A DNA stretch of 64,000 nucleotides from positions 2,475 through 66,474 of the forward strand of contig CAZQLN010000005.1 in assembly GCA_964594215.1 (NCBI GenBank), written 5' to 3'. The translations under genes were made by a program, and so were the position numbers. The notes under the pieces were generated by a model, which was given only the letters and a program-made list of their open reading frames with translations, made no database searches and was not told where the DNA came from. Below, piece after piece: positions 1 to 11,091 of this stretch. Origin of the DNA: an uncultured Bdellovibrionales bacterium (GTDB taxonomy: Bacteria > Patescibacteriota > Minisyncoccia > Moranbacterales > UBA1568). Position 1 is the stretch's first letter; each line of letters begins with the position of its first letter.

Positions 1-542
1 TTAGCCTGAAGAATATCTCCGGAAAAAACCCTGCCTACGAAAGTTGCTCCCAAAGTCAGTGCAGTCGCAAGAGGGTTGAAGGGTTCGAGGAGTACACCCT
101 CGGTTTGAACTGGAGTCACCATCCCCTCTTGTGATGTTGGTGATGCTTGACCCTTGGTCAATCCATAGACCATGTTGTCATGCACAATGTTGGTGATGTT
201 CGGATTACGACGAATCGTGTGCAAAAAATGATTGCCTCCTTCACCATAGGTATCGCCATCACCAGACTCTGAAATCACTGTCATGAGCGGATTCGTGAGT
301 TTAATAGCCGTAGCTACTGGCAGAGCTCGACCATGAAGACCGTTGAAGTAATTTACTCGCATGTACTGAGGCGCCTTAGCTGCTTGTCCAATACCAGAAC
401 AGAGAACCACTTCTTCTGGTGGCAAATTAAGCTCTGCTAAAGCCATTTTGACAATATTCAAGATAGGAAAATTACCACACCCTGGACACCAAGCAATGTC
501 TGTATGGCCGGGTAAGTCATATTGTTTTTTATCAACAGCCAT
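1..542 (-). CDS. 2-oxoacid:ferredoxin oxidoreductase beta subunit (TPP-binding), truncated by window edge
   Basis: Hand translation from ATG 542: [25 protein letters not shown]...SGIGQA...[14 protein letters not shown]...[14 protein letters not shown]...[16 protein letters not shown]; directly follows the alpha subunit. Not in ORF track. Confidence 0.93.
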   Translation of the reverse strand, partial: MAVDKKQYDLPGHTDIAWCPGCGNFPILNIVKMALAELNLPPEEVVLCSGIGQAAKAPQYMRVNYFNGLHGRALPVATAIKLTNPLMTVISESGDGDTYGEGGNHFLHTIRRNPNITNIVHDNMVYGLTKGQASPTSQEGMVTPVQTEGVLLEPFNPLATALTLGATFVGRVFSGDILQA

Positions 543-549
543 ATATTTT

Positions 550-2250
550 CTACAGAGATTTAATTTTCGCTAGTACATCTTCTACTGCAAAAGGTGCTCC
601 ATCATATTGAAGAATTTTTTCATTTATTTTCACGTCGTATTCCAAACGTAAAAGATTCGCAAACTGCCCTTCTGCGTTATTCTCCAAAACCACTATTTTT
701 TTCTTTGCTAAAAGTTTCTTTGCATCTTTGGGCAAAGGATACACCTGAGCAAAATGAAGTCCTGCTATTTTTTCATCCGCTACTTGATCAAGAGATTCCT
801 CAAGCACTCCTCTGTTCGATCCCCATGCAATTACCAGTGTTTCTGCTTTTTTGATATCCCCTATCGCAGTCGGTGAAAGAGCCCTATTTTTTATTTCTAT
901 GGCTTTTTTAAGCCTTTTATCTTGCATTTGCTTTCGTACTACATGACTTTCGGTAATATGAGCTTCCTCATCATGTTCATCACTGTCTACCGCTACTAGT
1001 CCCTGACCAAAACCAGGAATACCTCGTGGCGAGATCCCATTCTCACTATACTGATAACGCTTGTAATCTGATTGTGTTTCAATAACAAAGTTCTCAATTT
1101 TTTCTATCACTAAATCTTTTTCCACTACTGTACTTGTCGAGTCAAGTAAATATTGATCCGTCAAAATAAAAGCGGGGATCTGAAATTCATCAGCCAACGC
1201 GAATGCTTTTTGTGCTGAACTAAAAAGTTCTTCCAGTGTGCCTGGTGCAAAAATAACTCTCGGAAATTCTCCATGCCCAGCATAAAGAGCCAGATTAAGA
1301 TCTGCCTGTTCTGTTCTTGTCGGTAGCCCCGTAGCTGGTCCTGGTCTCTGGCCAATATGAATGACTATCGGCGTCTCGATAATACCAGCCAAACTCACTC
1401 CTTCTGTCATAAGAGCAAATCCACCTCCAGAAGTAGTCACTATAGCCCGAGCGCCCGCATACCAAGCCCCAAGACCTTGATTAATAGCGGCTATTTCATC
1501 TTCCGCCTGATCTACTACCACTCCAAATTCTCGCTGGTGTTTTGCAAGAAATGTGAGTAATCCGGTTCCTGGAGACATTGGGTAAGAAGAAATATAATTA
1601 CAGCCTCCAGCCAAAACTCCTAAGCCAAGAGCATCTATCCCTTCCATCAGAAGTTCTTCCTTAAGTTTTTCGTCTCGCTTCAGATGAATTTCGATACCGG
1701 CATCATAAGCCAGGTGTTTGCCGTGATCATAGCCCAGTTTAGCAGCAGTTACATTTTTGGTTACCACTTCTTCCCCTTTACGAGCAAAGTGTGTTCTCAA
1801 ATATTGTTCAAACTCTTCAAACGATGCCCCGAGTAATCCAAGCGCCACACCAACTGCAATAGTACTGGTAAATATCGGATTGCCAAGCTCATTGGTAAAA
1901 CGAGTAAATGGAATATCGAAAGCATTAGAGCCTTTATCTAAAGCAATTTTACTCAATTCCCCAAAAATAAGTGTCTTCGGACTTGTCCGTTTCGCTAGAT
2001 GTGGAACCACGTCTTTATCGAGAGCGAAGAGAAAATCAATATGCTTCACATAAGATCTTCTTTTTGTATCAGTAATCCGAATCTCTGTTGAATTACTTCC
2101 GCCACGAATGCGAGACATGTATTCTTTAGATGCAAAAACATGGTACCCCTCCTCTTTGAGTACGGTCATGAGCATAGCCTCTACTGTTTGAATTCCTTGG
2201 CCAGCACTACCACCTAAGACCAAAGAGATGTCCCCCGCATATCGATGCAT
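550..2250 (-). CDS. 2-oxoacid:acceptor oxidoreductase alpha subunit (gamma-alpha fusion)
   Basis: [47 protein letters not shown] motifs; start moved to ATG 2250 (MHRYAGD). Confidence 0.93.
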   Translation of the reverse strand: MHRYAGDISLVLGGSAGQGIQTVEAMLMTVLKEEGYHVFASKEYMSRIRGGSNSTEIRITDTKRRSYVKHIDFLFALDKDVVPHLAKRTSPKTLIFGELSKIALDKGSNAFDIPFTRFTNELGNPIFTSTIAVGVALGLLGASFEEFEQYLRTHFARKGEEVVTKNVTAAKLGYDHGKHLAYDAGIEIHLKRDEKLKEELLMEGIDALGLGVLAGGCNYISSYPMSPGTGLLTFLAKHQREFGVVVDQAEDEIAAINQGLGAWYAGARAIVTTSGGGFALMTEGVSLAGIIETPIVIHIGQRPGPATGLPTRTEQADLNLALYAGHGEFPRVIFAPGTLEELFSSAQKAFALADEFQIPAFILTDQYLLDSTSTVVEKDLVIEKIENFVIETQSDYKRYQYSENGISPRGIPGFGQGLVAVDSDEHDEEAHITESHVVRKQMQDKRLKKAIEIKNRALSPTAIGDIKKAETLVIAWGSNRGVLEESLDQVADEKIAGLHFAQVYPLPKDAKKLLAKKKIVVLENNAEGQFANLLRLEYDVKINEKILQYDGAPFAVEDVLAKIKSL

Positions 2251-2357
2251 ATTTCTTTTTCTTTTCCTCAAGTATAGCGCAAAGAATTACAGAATGAAAA
2301 TAAAAACCCTTCCATCTTTACTGATTGGAAGGATTTTGCGAATTAACTGAACGTTCT

Positions 2358-2558
2358 TTATTCTTTTTCTAATTCACTCTTTACTACTTCAAATTCATTT
2401 TCTATCTCTCGGAGACGTGTTCGACTTTCTTGAATTAGCTTGGCACCCTCCTTAATTTTTTCAAGTCCCTTTTCGACATCTACCTCCTCTTGGTTTTCAA
2501 ACCAAGCAATAATATTTTGAATACTCTTGAGTGAATCTGTCAGTGTTTTTTTTGGCAT
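2358..2558 (-). CDS. xseB: Exodeoxyribonuclease VII small subunit
   Basis: 66-aa helical protein with XseB pattern (DVEKGLEKIKEGAKLIQESRTRL), downstream of xseA. Confidence 0.85.
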   Translation of the reverse strand: MPKKTLTDSLKSIQNIIAWFENQEEVDVEKGLEKIKEGAKLIQESRTRLREIENEFEVVKSELEKE

Positions 2559-2572
2559 ACACGTAATATCAG

Positions 2573-4084
2573 TTAGATTACTTTTTTGACTTCTGTCTCA
2601 ATACTCCCTTGAGCAAGCTGTATTGTCAGTATATCACCTTCATGAATAGCAGCTGTGTTTTTAATTAACTTGACTCCTTTACGAATAAGACCGTAGCCCA
2701 ATTTAAGAGCCCTCATAGGATCATACAGTTTAAGAGCTTCCTCTATCCGAGCCAAATGCTGTTCGTATCTTTTTCGCATATAACCAAATCCTTCTAATAT
2801 TTGAGATTTTTCCTCTAATAAAGCCTTATTTTTATATTTAAGCATATCTCCGAAACGATGCACTTGATACCAAAAACTTTGCTCACATGACCCCACTACC
2901 TGACGAATATCTTGTAGAAACTGGATCAACAATCTACCCGCTCTTTCAAACAGTTGTTCTTGTTTTTGTAGTTGTTGTTCGAACATCTGTGGTAGATTTC
3001 TTTTAAGATAACTGACCCTCTGTCTCGCTTCGAGCCAAGGTGCAGAAATAGTTTGAGCTGTCGCTGTTGGAGTAGAGACCATGATATCTGCTGCCAGAGC
3101 ACTCAGTGTAATATCTTTTTCATGCCCCACACCCAAAAGAGTGGGTGTCGGAAAAGAAGCAATCTCACGCACAAGTGTTTCATTATTGAAAGCCTGTAAA
3201 CTTTCCAGACTCCCACCGCCACGAATAATTACTAATACATCAAACTCAATTGCACGCACTCTAAAATACTGAATGGCCTTTAGAATTTCAAAAACTGCTT
3301 TCTTGCCTTCTACAGCTGTTGGATAAAAATCAATCCTGAAACCACAGTTTCCTAAATTTTTTTTGAAGTCATCGATAGCTGCTCCATCAGCTGAAGTAAT
3401 CAGAGCAATTCGTTCAATATATTCTGGTAGTTCTTGTTTTTGATCCAGAGCAAACATCCCTTCAGTTTGCAGCTTAAGAAAAAGCTCATCATAGGCTTTT
3501 TTAAGCGCTCCCTCACCAGCCACCTCTATAGTGCCTACCTTAAAACTCAATCGGCCATTAGGCTTATAAATCTCTGGAGCCCCCTCAACAATAACCTCAT
3601 CACCAATAGCAAGGGCTACTCCAGAAACCTGGTAGGCATAACGAAAAATCAGACATGCCAGCGTACTGCCGTCAACTTTATCTTTAAGAGTAAAGTAAAT
3701 CACCCGCTCTCGTTCATCTACACTCGTGACTTCCCCCTGAATACGAGCCGCCATACCAGAAAGCTCAGTATTGATCCCGTCTAAGAATTGACTAATGCTA
3801 AGTGGTTCATGTAAGACGTCTCTGCTCAGAGTAGAGTCTTGTAATTCCCTCTCATCATTATCATTTGAAGCAACTTCCTCGGCTACAAGAGCAAGAATGG
3901 CTTGCCCATATTTTTGATACTTTTTTTCCTTAATACCCTTTACCTGCAGCAATTCCTCCTTACTCTTTGGCAAAGCTACTACAATAGCATCAAGCGTTGC
4001 TTTAGAAAGCACCTTGAAAGACTCTAGCCCCTCTCTCCTGGCCTGTTCTTCTCTCCACTGCGATAACTTTCTCTGTAGATACAT
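2573..4084 (-). CDS. xseA: Exodeoxyribonuclease VII large subunit with N-terminal HRDC domain
   Basis: OB fold (IQGEV...YFTLKD), IALITSADGAAIDDF, IIRGGGSLESLQAFNNE, GVGHEKD, TPTATA; first ~70 aa are HRDC-like. Confidence 0.93.
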   Translation of the reverse strand: MYLQRKLSQWREEQARREGLESFKVLSKATLDAIVVALPKSKEELLQVKGIKEKKYQKYGQAILALVAEEVASNDNDERELQDSTLSRDVLHEPLSISQFLDGINTELSGMAARIQGEVTSVDERERVIYFTLKDKVDGSTLACLIFRYAYQVSGVALAIGDEVIVEGAPEIYKPNGRLSFKVGTIEVAGEGALKKAYDELFLKLQTEGMFALDQKQELPEYIERIALITSADGAAIDDFKKNLGNCGFRIDFYPTAVEGKKAVFEILKAIQYFRVRAIEFDVLVIIRGGGSLESLQAFNNETLVREIASFPTPTLLGVGHEKDITLSALAADIMVSTPTATAQTISAPWLEARQRVSYLKRNLPQMFEQQLQKQEQLFERAGRLLIQFLQDIRQVVGSCEQSFWYQVHRFGDMLKYKNKALLEEKSQILEGFGYMRKRYEQHLARIEEALKLYDPMRALKLGYGLIRKGVKLIKNTAAIHEGDILTIQLAQGSIETEVKKVI

Positions 4085-4098
4085 AGTTGCTTTGGGTC

Positions 4099-4121
4099 AA
4101 AAAGCCCGCTTGAGCGGGCTT
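4099..4121 (-). terminator. Intrinsic terminator-like hairpin after the DsbA gene
   Basis: AAGCCCGC/GCGGGCTT stem followed by a T-run on the minus strand. Confidence 0.65.
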
Positions 4122-4152
4122 CTCTTTATTCACTCTATCTTTTAAAAACCCT

Positions 4153-4968
4153 CTATTTAACGTATTTGTTGATCACTTCTTCAAAGCCAGATAGCGGCAA
4201 AGCACCGACTACCAACTCTCCTGTTACTGTACCATCTTCACCAAGTGTTCCAATTAAGAAGCTTGGGGTACCGGTAACACCAGCTTTGGTGCCATCAGCA
4301 ATGTCCTTAGCGATTTCTTGTTTGGTTGCTTCTTGTTCAGAACAGGCCAGTGCCTTAGTAGTATCAACACCAGCCTTTTTCATAAGCTCAAGCATTTTTC
4401 CCTGAGGTAGACCTTTACCATTTGCCAAGGTGTTAGCGTACACTTCCTGTGTAAAAGTGAAATAAGCTGCGTCACCTTTTTGGTCACGCACACACTCTGC
4501 CACTGAAGCCTCTTCAGTGGCTTTTGGATCATGAAAAGAAAGCGGAAAATCTCTTGCAACTAAGATCGCCTTACCGGTCTCTACGTATTCTTTAACTAAC
4601 TGATCGTGAGTTTCTTGGTGAAAACGCTTACAGAAAGGACACTCCAAATCACTAAATTCCACGATAGCTACCTTAGCCTTTGTCTTGTCCCCCATGACAG
4701 CGTCATCATCAAGAGTAGTTGTAGCGGGACCAGTTTCTTCAGTCTGCGTATCATCAGCTACGGCCGCCTTTTTAACATCAGCTGTTTTTCCCATGTTCAT
4801 CTGAGGAAGCCAAAGCGTCAAAGCAATAATCAAAGCTCCGAAAATTACTGATAGCCCTATAAGAAGCGCATCTGTACTTACTGCTTCTTTTTTCAGCCAA
4901 GCACACCTTACTTTTTTCTTTGGGGTTTCTTCGACTACTACCTCCTGTTCGTTCGTTTCCATATACAT
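4153..4968 (-). CDS. Membrane-anchored DsbA/BdbD-family thiol-disulfide oxidoreductase
   Basis: N-terminal TM; EFSDLECPFCKRF, RDFPL, GVTGTPSF. Confidence 0.9.
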   Translation of the reverse strand: MYMETNEQEVVVEETPKKKVRCAWLKKEAVSTDALLIGLSVIFGALIIALTLWLPQMNMGKTADVKKAAVADDTQTEETGPATTTLDDDAVMGDKTKAKVAIVEFSDLECPFCKRFHQETHDQLVKEYVETGKAILVARDFPLSFHDPKATEEASVAECVRDQKGDAAYFTFTQEVYANTLANGKGLPQGKMLELMKKAGVDTTKALACSEQEATKQEIAKDIADGTKAGVTGTPSFLIGTLGEDGTVTGELVVGALPLSGFEEVINKYVK

Positions 4969-4998
4969 AACTTAGTCAACTATTTAATCTGTTTCCCA

Positions 4999-5709
4999 TT
5001 ATACCATAGGTACTACTGGAGCCTTTTGGGCTTTATATAAAGCATGTTTCGCCTCTACCCATTCAATACAAAGTTGTAACGGCTTAATAAAATTACGCCA
5101 CGCTAGAATCTTTAAGAGTGCATATGTACCGATAAGTATCCCCGCCTCAACATAGGCAAATCCCACTTGACCATCACCATCAGTCTTAATGAAAAAACGA
5201 TGCAATACCGCAAAAATAAACATGACATACACTACTCTATGTACCAGCTTCCAAGTAGCTCCTCCTAAATGCTTTTGAGCGAGGGTATTGGAAGTCAATA
5301 GTAAGGGCAAAGTGAGCGTGTAGGCAAGGATACCGAAGATGTATCCGTTTTGCCAATCCGCATATTGCGGGAGAATAGCTTCTTGAAACCAGTCTGGATC
5401 AAGCAGATAGCCCACCGCGTGTACGGTAGCTAGGTAGGCCATCAAAATACCAAGTTCTCGACGAATACTCATAATCTGAAGTAAGAAACGTACCCGAAAA
5501 ATCTTAGAAAGAGGGCTAATAAAGAGGATACCTATAAGGAGATTCCCCGCTAATTCACCAAAAGTCTTGCGTAAATCTGGGAAGAAAAAGCCTAATAGAC
5601 TGAGGTGAGCGATAAGAAGAAGGCTAATCTTAATCGTACGGAAATGTTGAGCAAACCAATTTGCTGCCCAATCATGAAAGCTAAAAATCAAAAAAAGGCG
5701 TCTGTCCAT
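4999..5709 (-). CDS. Ferric reductase-like transmembrane protein (MsrQ-like)
   Basis: RRELGIL...LATVH, LLLTSN, WKLVHRVVY...LH heme-ligand pattern; start set at ATG 5709. Confidence 0.8.
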   Translation of the reverse strand: MDRRLFLIFSFHDWAANWFAQHFRTIKISLLLIAHLSLLGFFFPDLRKTFGELAGNLLIGILFISPLSKIFRVRFLLQIMSIRRELGILMAYLATVHAVGYLLDPDWFQEAILPQYADWQNGYIFGILAYTLTLPLLLTSNTLAQKHLGGATWKLVHRVVYVMFIFAVLHRFFIKTDGDGQVGFAYVEAGILIGTYALLKILAWRNFIKPLQLCIEWVEAKHALYKAQKAPVVPMV

Positions 5710-5865
5710 AAAAATCTCTTTTAATGTAGAAAATAATACAAGAGCAATGTTAAGAAAAAACATTCCAAGATACCTGCTGTAATGAAAATGCTTTTTCCTT
5801 TCATGTCTCAATAGTAACATGAAAACTCCCTGAAATTATGGTATGATTGAGGTACTAAGAAAAAT

Positions 5866-7206
5866 ATGGAGACTGCTCAAAACACCGAACCCATCATCCG
5901 GGTTGATAAATTGCGTATCATCTATAATCAGGGTAAGTCCAATGAGATGCGGGCCCTGGAAGAAACTACTCTTGAGATCTATGATCATGAGTACGTTATT
6001 ATATTTGGCCCATCTGGTTGTGGAAAATCGACTCTTCTCTACTCTATTTCAGGTCTACAAGCCTCTACCTATGGCAGTGTCTCTGTGGGAGGTAAGGAGC
6101 TCGGTAAGATGACCCAAGCCGAACAGGTCTATTTTCACCAGTCTACTATTGGAATGGTTTTTCAGGCTTTTTATCTGATCTCTTCTCTTACCATTCTCGA
6201 TAATGTCGTTTTACCGAAAGTATTTCGTGGAGAAGACCCTACCTCACGAAAGGAAGTAGGTATGTCTCTCATGCGTCGTTTTGGTATTATCGCTCAGGCA
6301 GACAAATTCCCTAATCAGCTCTCTGGTGGACAGAAACAGCGCGTAGCTATTGCTCGATCTTTGGTCAATGATCCTGGTATCATCCTTGCTGACGAACCAG
6401 TGGGTAACCTCGATAGTGAAAGTGCCGAAAACGTGCTCGCTATCTTGAAAGATCTCAATGAAGTTGATAAAAAGACTATTATTATGGTGACTCACAACCC
6501 TGAGCACCTTGCCTACGCTGACCGCGTAATTTTCATGAAAGATGGCCGTGTTGTTAAGGAAGAAATCAACCGCGACAAACGCCCCTCTACAGCAGCCGCC
6601 TCCAAAACGACCGAACCCGAAGAGCGCTTTAGTAAGGACTCTCCTGAAGCTCTTGAACTTCAGATGCTCATGGAGTCATTCAAGAATCTCTTACCAAAAC
6701 AGGTTGATATCCTCCTTATTCCGTTCAAAGCTAAACAGCTTCTTTCTCATATTATTTCTGAAATGAATGATGAGCAGATTTCCATGGCTGAAGCCCTTCT
6801 CAAAGAACGTCTTTTTAATAATATCGACGCAAAGAAACTCGAACGTAGTCTCGATATGAATCTCGAAGAGGGCGGCGGAGGCTGGAACAGCGTACGGGCC
6901 ATCTCATTTACCAAGAAGGTTGAGGCTCTCATCAAAGAAGCTGCCATTATCAAAGAAGACCCTCGTAAAGGACTTCGTTCACTTGCTGAGTACCTCGTAG
7001 AAAACTTCCACTTGAAATTCACCCAAGAATCATGGCCTCGTTTTGTAGAACTTCTCAAACTCCGTATTGAAAATAAAATGGGACAACTTGAGCTCCTCCG
7101 TAACCTCGATGCTCCCGTGAAAAAAGGTGGCGTAGGGCTAAACCGCATCACTGCTGAAAAGTTAGTTCGTGAAATAGAGATAATCCTCCTTCTAAAATAC
7201 AGCTAG
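5866..7206 (+). CDS. ABC transporter ATP-binding protein (LolD/MacB-like) with ~200-aa C-terminal extension
   Basis: [32 protein letters not shown]. Confidence 0.92.
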   Translation: METAQNTEPIIRVDKLRIIYNQGKSNEMRALEETTLEIYDHEYVIIFGPSGCGKSTLLYSISGLQASTYGSVSVGGKELGKMTQAEQVYFHQSTIGMVFQAFYLISSLTILDNVVLPKVFRGEDPTSRKEVGMSLMRRFGIIAQADKFPNQLSGGQKQRVAIARSLVNDPGIILADEPVGNLDSESAENVLAILKDLNEVDKKTIIMVTHNPEHLAYADRVIFMKDGRVVKEEINRDKRPSTAAASKTTEPEERFSKDSPEALELQMLMESFKNLLPKQVDILLIPFKAKQLLSHIISEMNDEQISMAEALLKERLFNNIDAKKLERSLDMNLEEGGGGWNSVRAISFTKKVEALIKEAAIIKEDPRKGLRSLAEYLVENFHLKFTQESWPRFVELLKLRIENKMGQLELLRNLDAPVKKGGVGLNRITAEKLVREIEIILLLKYS

Positions 7207-7207
7207 T

Positions 7208-8398
7208 ATGCGTTTGATGGATATTACCAAACTGTCCCTTCGTATGTTCAAAGCACATACCATGCGTACGCTTTTGACTATTTTGGGTATGAGTGTTGGT
7301 ATCTCTGCTATTATGTTCCTCGTTTCCTTTGGATATGGTCTCCAGCGAACTCTTTTGGAGAAAATTACTACTTCCGATGCTTTGGCCAGTGTAGATGTTT
7401 CTGTAGGAAAGGAAGGTGGACAAAAAAAGCTTGATCAAGCGGCAATTGAAATCCTCAAAACCATACCAAATGTGGCTGATGTAGTACCAGTACTCGAAGT
7501 TCCTGGTCAGGGAAAATTTCCTACTCTCAACCTCGATCTTAATGTCGTTAGCTCCCAACAAAGCTTTCTGAAAGGAGAAGGTTTAAAGATTGCTGAGGGT
7601 CGCTTCTTTGATAAAAATGAAAATGATGGCTTAGTAATCTCAGAGGGGGTTGCTAAGATTTTCAACGTTCCATACGATCAACTGATTGGCCAGACAGTCA
7701 CCCTTACTCTCTTTCCGGCTAGTGAGGTTCCGGGTAAAAGCCTCACCTACAGCCCGCCGTCCAGTTACAAGATTGTGGGTGTGGTAGTCGGAGAAAACAA
7801 CTCTGTCTATGCCTCTCTTAGTTCGCTAGATAACTTCCCTCTGGTCAGTTACTCCAAGGTCAAAGTTAAGGGAACAAGCGCAGATATCATCGATCCTATG
7901 CGTGTGGTTATTGAGGAAAAGGGTTTCGTGGCATCCTCTATCTCTGAAACCATTGATCAAGCTAACAAGGTGTTCCGTGCCGTACAGATCATGCTGATGA
8001 TTTTTGGTATGATCGCCTTGGTGGTTTCTGCTATTGGTATGTTTAACACCATGACCATCACCCTGCTCGAACGTACCGAAGAAATTGGTATTATGAAAGC
8101 TATCGGAGCTTCACGAAGCAATATCTCTGTCATGTTCGTCATGGAATCAACACTTATGGGATTCTTGGGAGCGAGTGGTGGTATTCTTCTTGGTTATCTC
8201 GAAGGAGAGATCATCAACTTCCTTATTAATATTATTGCTACCCGTTTCGGTGGTAATGCAGTTGATCTCTTCTACAGTCCGCTCTGGTTCATTGCCATCA
8301 TTGCTGGCTTCGGTGCTTTTGTGGGATTTGCTACGGGAGTGTTCCCTGCTCGTAAGGCCGCTAAGATCGATGCCTTGGATGCCCTTCGCTACAAATAA
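7208..8398 (+). CDS. ABC transporter permease (MacB/FtsX family)
   Basis: RTLLTILG, large extracytoplasmic loop, ERTEEIGIMKAIGA, PARKAAKIDALDALRYK. Confidence 0.92.
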   Translation: MRLMDITKLSLRMFKAHTMRTLLTILGMSVGISAIMFLVSFGYGLQRTLLEKITTSDALASVDVSVGKEGGQKKLDQAAIEILKTIPNVADVVPVLEVPGQGKFPTLNLDLNVVSSQQSFLKGEGLKIAEGRFFDKNENDGLVISEGVAKIFNVPYDQLIGQTVTLTLFPASEVPGKSLTYSPPSSYKIVGVVVGENNSVYASLSSLDNFPLVSYSKVKVKGTSADIIDPMRVVIEEKGFVASSISETIDQANKVFRAVQIMLMIFGMIALVVSAIGMFNTMTITLLERTEEIGIMKAIGASRSNISVMFVMESTLMGFLGASGGILLGYLEGEIINFLINIIATRFGGNAVDLFYSPLWFIAIIAGFGAFVGFATGVFPARKAAKIDALDALRYK

Positions 8399-8527
8399 AC
8401 TCTTCCAAAATTATACGCTCTCATCCCAGACATTTTTTGTCTGGTTTTTTATAATAATAAAAAGAAGAGTAGCTTGGCATTGGCCGCACTACTCTCTTCA
8501 GGCTGTGAAATTTTTCAATTATCTGTC

Positions 8528-8767
8528 TTACTCTGACAGGATAAATTTATTGTTCCCTCGCTGACGGATCAGTTTACCATGAGTACCCTTTTTAATATCG
8601 GGTAAATCTGTTTGTAACGAATATGATTGCCCACTTTCGGTACGAACAATGATGTCTTGAGGGGTTTCCTGATGAACCACCTCGCAGTTCACCGTCTCTG
8701 CTTCTTTTTGAATCTGAGACATTCTCACCTCCTCTCTCATCCAAATCTCATAGTTACAGCTAACCAA
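8528..8767 (-). CDS. Small hypothetical protein (start uncertain, possibly MSQIQKE)
   Basis: ORF with GAGGAGG upstream of the internal ATG and a TTGACA upstream; no family recognised. Confidence 0.45.
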   Translation of the reverse strand: MVSCNYEIWMREEVRMSQIQKEAETVNCEVVHQETPQDIIVRTESGQSYSLQTDLPDIKKGTHGKLIRQRGNNKFILSE

Positions 8768-8839
8768 ACTCTGCTGACTCTGTCAAATAAAAAAGGCTTA
8801 TATAAGCCTTTAATCTAAAATTTCCTACCGATCAGGAGA

Positions 8840-9286
8840 CTAAAATGGGTTGACATCTACCTTAACAGCTCGAGTCGTATTACCGTAAACTCCTTCTGAT
8901 TGAATACTTTCTGTATCTACTCGCCACGTTGTTGTACTGCAACTATTAAGTGGTGTACCTCCTATTTGAAAAAACTCCACTCGATACGTTCCGTTATTGA
9001 TAGTACCCTCTATTCCTGCTTTGTTATTACGTACAGCACACGTACCTAAACAATCAAGACGTTGCCCATTGCAAGTATTGCTATAGATCTTCTCAAGCAA
9101 GATTTCTGCACCAGAGTCAGCGATTTGAAAAGCTACCGTCGAGCGTTCCAGTGTCACTGATGATTTTGTTTCAGAGACAGTCACTGTCGCTATTGAAAGA
9201 GATGCTATCAATAAAAAAGAAAGTACGATCAATGAAAAAACCAGCACTGAGCCTTTCTGTTTAGAGATTTTTTGCAACATTTTCAT
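8840..9286 (-). CDS. PilX-like minor pilin (class III signal peptide)
   Basis: KQKG|SVLVFSLIVL hydrophobic helix, AFQIADSGAE, C-terminal SEGVYGNTTRAV typical of PilX-type proteins. Confidence 0.75.
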   Translation of the reverse strand: MKMLQKISKQKGSVLVFSLIVLSFLLIASLSIATVTVSETKSSVTLERSTVAFQIADSGAEILLEKIYSNTCNGQRLDCLGTCAVRNNKAGIEGTINNGTYRVEFFQIGGTPLNSCSTTTWRVDTESIQSEGVYGNTTRAVKVDVNPF

Positions 9287-9308
9287 ACACCTAAGTATAT
9301 CACAAGGC

Positions 9309-11084
9309 TTAATAGGTAGAACGTAGAGCGTTCATGATGACACAAAAATCAATCAACTCTTGGAGTAAGGCTCCGTGCACCGGATCAATAAAACCAAAAA
9401 AGGCAGCGCTCATGCCAATCGTTGACAAACCAATTCCCAAGAAAAGGCTCTGGTAAGCCACTGTGTAGGATCTTCGTCCAATATGAATGGCCTCTTTGAT
9501 AGACATAATGTCACGTCCGAGAATAGCTACATCAGCAGCATCAAGTGAGGCAGAATTTTCCGTACCAGAAAAAACAATCCCTAAATCAGCCAATGCTAAA
9601 GCTGGCGCATCATTCATACCATCACCTACCATACCCACAAGAGTTTTCTCTCTTTGAAAACGTTCGATCAATTGTGATTTCCTTTCCGGAGTGGCTCCAC
9701 CATAGATAGGTAACTGAAACTGTCCAAGAACGCGGCTGGCATTTTCTTGACTGTCACCAGTAAGAATTCCCATTCGATAACCTCGATCCTTCAGGTAGGT
9801 AAGCACGTGCTCTACTTCTGGCTTCAGGGTGTCCTCAAAGAAGAAGCTGGCTTTACGAATTTTTTCTTCCCACAAATCCACCTGGATCCCATCTCCCTCT
9901 TTACGTTTAGCAGTCTTAAACTGGTAGCTCTTTCCATCGATAGTCCCCGCTATTCCTTCACCGAATACTTCCTTCACTGAATGTGTAATCAGGAAATCTT
10001 CCTTCTTTTTTCCTAATTCGTTGACCAATACTTTAGCCAAAGGATGGATAGAATGACGTTCAAGAGAAGCAGCAAGGGCAAGGGCTCGACTCTCTGTCCA
10101 GGACGTATCATGAAGGTGAATACTCCTCAAAACGGGTGATCCTATTGTAAGCGTACCTGTTTTATCAAAAAAAAGTGTCCTCGTCTTTGTCAGTAGCTCT
10201 AAGATAAAAGGGCTCTTAATAATAATGTTCCTCTTGGCTGCTCGGTTCAGTCCGCCGAGAAAGCTGAGTGGTACAGCAATCAGAAGTGGGCATGGTGTAG
10301 CTATCACCATAACCGCCAAAAAACGGGTCGCCTCCCCAGAAAGCACATACGCAGTAGTAGCAATAGAAAGTGCAAAAAGCGTGAAGACTAAATTATAGCG
10401 TTCCGAAAGTCGTACCAGGGGAGCGCTATGAGTCTTACCCTTCTCAACAATCTCTAATATTTTTCGATAACTGGAGTGCTCAAAATCTGATTCCACTTCT
10501 ACCATGAGAGCTTCACCCATATTCACAAACCCTGCCTTGAGGTGACTTCCTTCTATATGAGTAACCGGTAATGATTCTCCGGTAATATTGGATTCATTAA
10601 ACACTCCCCTATCTGACAAAAGACGTCCTTCTATGGGGAGCATCTCTCCTTTACGAATAATCACTTTATCGCCAGGTACAATAGCATGCAGTGATACTTC
10701 GTGATTTTTGTTTTCACTGTAGAGAAGAATGTTCTTAGGTATCTCATAAAAAAGATTCCGAAGCGTACTCTCTGCTCGATCAGTTCCGTACCGTTCTAGC
10801 GCTTCACTGACAGTCACCATAAGCGCAATAACCGCTCCAGTAAGCCATTCATGCATCACCAGAGTCGTAATCAGAGTCAGCATGGCTAAGTAATCAAGGT
10901 TGGTTTTTTTGAGACGAATTCTTCCCCAAGATTCTCTTGCGAGTATTAATACACCCCCACACTGAACCACTATCCAAAAAAGTGGCATCTCAAGGGCAAA
11001 ACCAATTGCAATTAGCGTCACAAAAAAATACGCCAAACGGAATTCTTTGCGGGCAAGTTCTCGTACAATACTGTTTGTATACAT
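9309..11084 (-). CDS. Heavy-metal P1B-type ATPase (P1B-5-like)
   Basis: TGES, ATPCPL, DKTGTLT, HP, GDGMNDAPALA, QELID; no N-terminal metal-binding domain; start set at ATG 11084. Confidence 0.9.
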   Translation of the reverse strand: MYTNSIVRELARKEFRLAYFFVTLIAIGFALEMPLFWIVVQCGGVLILARESWGRIRLKKTNLDYLAMLTLITTLVMHEWLTGAVIALMVTVSEALERYGTDRAESTLRNLFYEIPKNILLYSENKNHEVSLHAIVPGDKVIIRKGEMLPIEGRLLSDRGVFNESNITGESLPVTHIEGSHLKAGFVNMGEALMVEVESDFEHSSYRKILEIVEKGKTHSAPLVRLSERYNLVFTLFALSIATTAYVLSGEATRFLAVMVIATPCPLLIAVPLSFLGGLNRAAKRNIIIKSPFILELLTKTRTLFFDKTGTLTIGSPVLRSIHLHDTSWTESRALALAASLERHSIHPLAKVLVNELGKKKEDFLITHSVKEVFGEGIAGTIDGKSYQFKTAKRKEGDGIQVDLWEEKIRKASFFFEDTLKPEVEHVLTYLKDRGYRMGILTGDSQENASRVLGQFQLPIYGGATPERKSQLIERFQREKTLVGMVGDGMNDAPALALADLGIVFSGTENSASLDAADVAILGRDIMSIKEAIHIGRRSYTVAYQSLFLGIGLSTIGMSAAFFGFIDPVHGALLQELIDFCVIMNALRSTY

Positions 11085-11091
11085 GTTCGTA

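Noticed and set aside
8774-8786. TGAC-n-GTCA palindromes at -35 boxes (also ~55469-55478)
   Set aside because: Spacing differs between sites and half of each match is just the TTGACA box.
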